Virus record (IMG/VR): IMGVR_UViG_3300032239_002165 | Coordinates: 1 to 28,127 of that record | From: a virus | Taxonomy: Duplodnaviria; Caudoviricetes | Reading direction: 5' to 3' (one strand) | Length of the DNA: 28,127 nucleotides | Part shown: positions 25,203 to 28,127 of the stretch, in pieces | Layout of the letters: every line of letters starts with the position of its first letter | Numbering within the stretch: position 1 is the stretch's first letter | The notes under the pieces: model-generated | Database searches by the model: none | What the model saw: the letters and a program-made list of their open reading frames with translations, nothing else | What the model was told of the DNA's origin: nothing | Program-made: the position numbers and the translations under genes

Positions 25203-25616
25203 TCAGACCGGTACAGGGAAGGTCGCGGTAAATTCCGGCTCATTCCCAAGCTCTGGCATGTGCTCCATCCAGGTCCAGTTCATTGCGCCAATATCATAAC
25301 GCCCACAGCACGAGGTGGCGTAAATCTCCACAAGATCGTCTGTGGCGTCTCGGCCACCACCGCTCATGACAAAGGCATCAAGCTTGGCATTGTAAGAAGC
25401 AAATTCCACGCCGTCGCCTTTATCATTGTGCTCTGCCGCAAGCTTGTGGGTATCGGCCGCAACGAGTAGCGCGGTCTTAAAATCAAACGCGGGAACAGCC
25501 CAGCCATTCCATCGATAATCGGTGCGGATTCTTGCTGGGTATACCATGTCACCATCGTCGCTGTAGGTGACCAATACTTCCTCACTGGTTGCCGGATTGC
25601 AATACATGCAGCTCAT
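25203..25616 (-). CDS. Hypothetical early protein
   Basis: AGGAGGT RBS; RWNGWAVPAF...YDIGAMNWTW. Confidence 0.8.
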   Translation of the reverse strand: MSCMYCNPATSEEVLVTYSDDGDMVYPARIRTDYRWNGWAVPAFDFKTALLVAADTHKLAAEHNDKGDGVEFASYNAKLDAFVMSGGGRDATDDLVEIYATSCCGRYDIGAMNWTWMEHMPELGNEPEFTATFPVPV

Positions 25617-25656
25617 TTGCTACCTCCTACTCTATGACGGGAATCCCCGTTACAAC

Positions 25657-25685
25657 ATCCTAGGGTATAGATATTAGCCTGTCAA
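25657..25685 (-). promoter_or_regulatory. Sigma70-type early promoter
   Basis: TTGACA-N17-TAGGAT, then a short hairpin ACGGG-gatt-CCCGT and GTAGGAGGTA. Confidence 0.75.
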
Positions 25686-25903
25686 ATCCTCCGCTTGAGT
25701 TCCTTTGCCAAAGTTCTTACTGGGTCGGGATTGATGGGGCGAAGAAACTTAGCCTCCGCCAACCGGTCGTCCATAAACTCATCCAGAGAGGTTTGTTCTG
25801 CCCTGGCGGCCAACTGCTCGCACCGCGCGCTACAACAGCGCATTCCTGTTAGGACGCGATCTGGCTGCTTGCAGTAAAAACAGCTACCGGTTGTCTCGCT
25901 CAT
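25682..25903 (-). CDS. Zn-finger microprotein
   Basis: MSETTGSCFYC...CCSARC; GGGAGG RBS; ATGA overlap. Confidence 0.7.
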   Translation of the reverse strand: MSETTGSCFYCKQPDRVLTGMRCCSARCEQLAARAEQTSLDEFMDDRLAEAKFLRPINPDPVRTLAKELKRRI

Positions 25904-26127
25904 CGAATCCTCCCAATCTTTAAGCCACGGACGGTTTGTGGGCGTCGGATAAGCCAACCGTCTGACTCTAACAGGGCTATCGCCCTCTGCACGGTACCCC
26001 TGCCGCAGTTTAGGCGCTGCGTCAGCTCTGTAATGGTTGGTGCCTGGTTCCAGTCGTTAAAGTGATTACGGATAGCCTCAAGTACCTCATTGCTATTCGG
26101 CGCTCCTTCTGGGCGATTAGACCGCAT
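25900..26127 (-). CDS. LexA-like DNA-binding domain protein (no peptidase domain)
   Basis: VLEAIRNHF...APTITELTQRLNCGRGTVQRAIALLESDGWLIRRPQTVRGLKI matches the LexA N-terminal wHTH. Confidence 0.8.
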   Translation of the reverse strand: MRSNRPEGAPNSNEVLEAIRNHFNDWNQAPTITELTQRLNCGRGTVQRAIALLESDGWLIRRPQTVRGLKIGRIR

Positions 26128-26275
26128 CGGCTGCCTTCTTTTCTTTAGCCGCCTTCTTAAACTCCCTACGCTCATCAGAGCGGCACGCTCGGCAGACAAG
26201 GCTTTTTACCGGCGAAAAAAACTGCGTATCTGCCGGCCAAAAATCTTTGCACTTTTTACATTGTTTTTCTTTCAT
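26117..26275 (-). CDS. Basic Zn-finger microprotein (52 aa), not in the ORF track
   Basis: MKEKQCKKCKDFWPADTQFFSPVKSLVCRACRSDERREFKKAAKEKKAADAV; TAATG overlap with the upstream stop. Confidence 0.7.
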   Translation of the reverse strand: MKEKQCKKCKDFWPADTQFFSPVKSLVCRACRSDERREFKKAAKEKKAADAV

Positions 26276-26721
26276 TAAAATTCCCCACATGTCAATGGCA
26301 ATTGATCAATAACCACCTTCCATTTTGCTTCAATAGAAGCAATGTCGGCCGGGTTATAGGCCAACCATGGGCCAGAAAATTGCGCAATTGACCGTGCTTG
26401 CCGGGCGCAGTCTGAATTAGGTAACCGGTCAAGCTCCGTTTGAAAGGCATCAATTTTACGGTTTATGTCTATGTACCAATTCCAATCCGGCTTCCAGGTT
26501 TCGGAGATATACATGCTTTCATGCCAAAAAAAGACCTCCTCATGAATTGCGAAAAGCCTGTCAGAGAAGCGAGATGAGTCGGTTCCCGGGGCGGGCGTAG
26601 CTTGAAGAATCAGCGCAACCACCGCAAGCCAAGCTAAGAAAAATACTACTTGTTTCACCGTAATTGCTTTTCGTACTTTCGTCGATAAGCTTTTCGGCGC
26701 AAATCTACGCACGGGTCGCAT
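26275..26721 (-). CDS. Membrane-anchored/exported hypothetical protein
   Basis: TM VVFFLAWLAVVALIL; true start uncertain. Confidence 0.65.
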   Translation of the reverse strand: MRPVRRFAPKSLSTKVRKAITVKQVVFFLAWLAVVALILQATPAPGTDSSRFSDRLFAIHEEVFFWHESMYISETWKPDWNWYIDINRKIDAFQTELDRLPNSDCARQARSIAQFSGPWLAYNPADIASIEAKWKVVIDQLPLTCGEF

Positions 26722-26834
26722 AGCGGGATATTCCCATCATTATCGCACCAAAGCGCACGCGCTTTACCATTGCAATCATTACAAGTTAAATCTGTCGTTG
26801 GCTCCTCATCCTTGCGCAAAACAAACGGACTCAC
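26655..26834 (-). CDS. Zn-finger microprotein
   Basis: GTG overlaps the upstream TGA; CNDC...CDPC. Confidence 0.65.
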   Translation of the reverse strand: MSPFVLRKDEEPTTDLTCNDCNGKARALWCDNDGNIPLCDPCVDLRRKAYRRKYEKQLR

Positions 26835-27043
26835 GAGCAAGATACCGCCAATGCTTCTCCAGCCATATCAATGCCGTTTGGTGCGGGGTTTGGGTAGACG
26901 GCGACATCCTTACCGCAAGCCCCGCATACCGCCAAGCTATGAGCATTCCATCCAGTACCCATGAGATGGCTAAACTTACCAATTTGATGGCCACGAAGCT
27001 TTACCGCTTTACGGGCTTCCTTCCTTAGTTCTCGAATTTTCAT
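26831..27043 (-). CDS. Small Zn-binding early protein
   Basis: AGGAGGT RBS; RGH...CGAC...GEALAVSC. Confidence 0.8.
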   Translation of the reverse strand: MKIRELRKEARKAVKLRGHQIGKFSHLMGTGWNAHSLAVCGACGKDVAVYPNPAPNGIDMAGEALAVSCS

Positions 27044-27192
27044 ACTACCTCCTACTAGCGCACCGGGAGACGGGGTAGGAGTCCCGCCTCAACCGATACA
27101 AGTGTCCCACCGGGTTATGGCGAACCCTCTACTTCCAAGAGCAGAGACTCTCATCTCTTATTCCCCGGTTGTTGATGTTCCCCGGTGGGTAC
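27044..27192 (-). ncRNA. Structured 5' leader (candidate cis-regulatory RNA)
   Basis: 9-bp stem CCCACCGGG/CCCGGTGGG enclosing AGAGA-TGAGAG-TCTCT. Second hairpin loop ACTCCTAC is complementary to the SD region GTAGGAG. Confidence 0.5.
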
Positions 27193-27198
27193 AAGGGG

Positions 27199-27227
27199 AT
27201 GGTACGCGCTTACTATTCCGCTGTCAA
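27199..27227 (-). promoter_or_regulatory. Sigma70-type early promoter
   Basis: TTGACA-N17-TACCAT. Confidence 0.75.
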
Positions 27228-27235
27228 ATCCAAGA

Positions 27236-27340
27236 TTAGCGCCGTTTATTCTTGCGGCTTTCCTTAATCTCATACCGTGCTTGTTCAATGAGGATCAGTA
27301 CGCCCATCGCTATTGCAAACGCCCAAGCAAAATCGTCCAT
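27236..27340 (-). CDS. 34-aa membrane peptide, not in the ORF track
   Basis: AAGGAG RBS; MDDFAWAFAIAMGVLILIEQARYEIKESRKNKRR. Confidence 0.65.
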   Translation of the reverse strand: MDDFAWAFAIAMGVLILIEQARYEIKESRKNKRR

Positions 27341-27823
27341 AGTAATCTCCTTCATAACTGCGTCTCCCTCCGTTGTGGAACTGTACTACATGGTTATTAC
27401 ATTTGCGCATTGCGAACTTTTACGCCAGTGAGCCTCGGGCTCGGCCCGAAAACGCCGAAGGCGGTTGAGCCGTGAGGCGAGGGTCACGGTGCCGTGAGGC
27501 AGGCGCCGTACAAGCTCCCTAGGGATAGAGAAGGACTAAGGACTCCTAGTAGAGAAGAACACCTTCATTCATGGCTGGGTATGGTTGTGCTGGGGACTGG
27601 TATCCCTGCTTGTGCTATGACCTGCTATTGCCTCGCTAGGTAACATCTTTGCTGTGGTTGGGGTGTGAGGAGCAAGTTGGTTGCGGAATCTTAAAGATGA
27701 TACGGTGGTGGTGGGTGGAAGTGGGTTTCTGTGGGGGTTGCGCGCTGGATGTTAGGCCAGGCCGTTTATGCCTTCACTCCAAACCCCCCTATTCCCCGTT
27801 ATTCTGCCCCTTTACCACACAAG

Positions 27824-27886
27824 TTATTATGCCAGCAAGTTATTTCCGGCTATTATTCCGGCCTTTTATTCCAGCTCTCTACCAGC
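27824..27886. repeat. Degenerate tandem 11-14-bp repeats (TTATT..CCRGC)
   Basis: ttattatgccagc, ttatttccggc, ttattccggc, ttattccagc, ctaccagc. Confidence 0.55.
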
Positions 27887-27895
27887 CTGGGGCAT

Positions 27896-27960
27896 TGTTA
27901 AGCAGTCTTAACCAAACTGGCACGCAGGAAGCCCGCATAGCAGGTTAAGAAGTCTTAACC
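27896..27960. promoter_or_regulatory. Two 18-bp palindromic operator-like sites
   Basis: TGTTAAGCAGTCTTAACC (27896-27913) and the perfect inverted repeat GGTTAAGA-ag-TCTTAACC (27943-27960). Confidence 0.6.
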
Positions 27961-27970
27961 ATCAGCCAGA

Positions 27971-27999
27971 TTGACACCGGCGCAGCTAGGCCGTAAGGT
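27971..27999 (+). promoter_or_regulatory. Sigma70-type promoter (rightward)
   Basis: TTGACA-N17-TAAGGT, a hairpin, then GTAGGAGGTA RBS. Confidence 0.7.
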
Positions 28000-28039
28000 T
28001 GGGGTGCCCTGATTGGGGTATGTAGTAGGAGGTACCGGT

Positions 28040-28127
28040 ATGGCTCGGTGCGGTGAGTGTGGCAGACAGTTCGATCTGCTGAATGAAGACGATGCGAACG
28101 AATGGTTCGCGGGTCATGATTGTGAGG
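28040..28127 (+). CDS. Small Zn-binding phage protein, runs off the window end
   Basis: MARCGECGRQFDLLNEDDANEWFAGHDCE...; strong RBS. Confidence 0.75.
   Translation, partial: MARCGECGRQFDLLNEDDANEWFAGHDCE

Noticed and set aside
24469-25299. 276-aa plus-strand ORF
   Set aside because: Lies opposite three well-formed minus-strand genes with strong RBSs; no motif or RBS of its own.
27044-27192. Cobalamin riboswitch
   Set aside because: Has GGGAA and a T-loop-like hairpin but lacks the B12-box and the CCCGC/GCCACUG core.
27649-27948. 99-aa ORF (also 27185-27475)
   Set aside because: Low-complexity, skewed composition, no RBS; overlaps repeats, promoters or a better minus-strand gene.
27780-27960. 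CRISPR mini-array
   Set aside because: Repeats are short, degenerate and lack regular 30-40-nt spacers; no cas genes.
1-28127. Stop-codon reassignment
   Set aside because: Genes are intact and tightly coupled under the standard code; TAA, TAG and TGA all act as stops.

Overview
Fragment of a tailed dsDNA phage genome (standard genetic code, densely coding). Left to right: the 3' part of a long tail-fibre gene (4 x 57-aa repeats, C-terminal S74-type chaperone), then a C39-like peptidase and a holin. These converge at a bidirectional terminator on an oppositely oriented block of membrane and tail-accessory genes. Next come a TerS/TerL pair with no adjacent portal, a sugar-modification cluster (three GT-A glycosyltransferases, an NDP-sugar epimerase, a DUF1599/Nmad1 protein), RlpA/DPBB-like, ParB-like, HExxH-peptidase, HicA-like, HicB-like and LexA-like genes, many Cys-rich microproteins, and a non-coding control region near the right end. 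The most unusual signals are non-coding. (1) A 72-nt RNA (20156-20227, minus) has an alanine-type acceptor stem (G3-U70, ACCA) and a T-arm but no D-arm or tag ORF; it starts at a predicted +1 and abuts the RBS of a Zn-ribbon gene. (2) An 87-nt element (16566-16652) has a G3-U70 acceptor stem, GCCA and a D-arm-like hairpin. (3) A structured leader has an anti-SD loop (27044-27192). (4) Several predicted leaderless promoters occur, including a symmetric bidirectional one. All family assignments are by motif recognition, not database search. The host is unknown.
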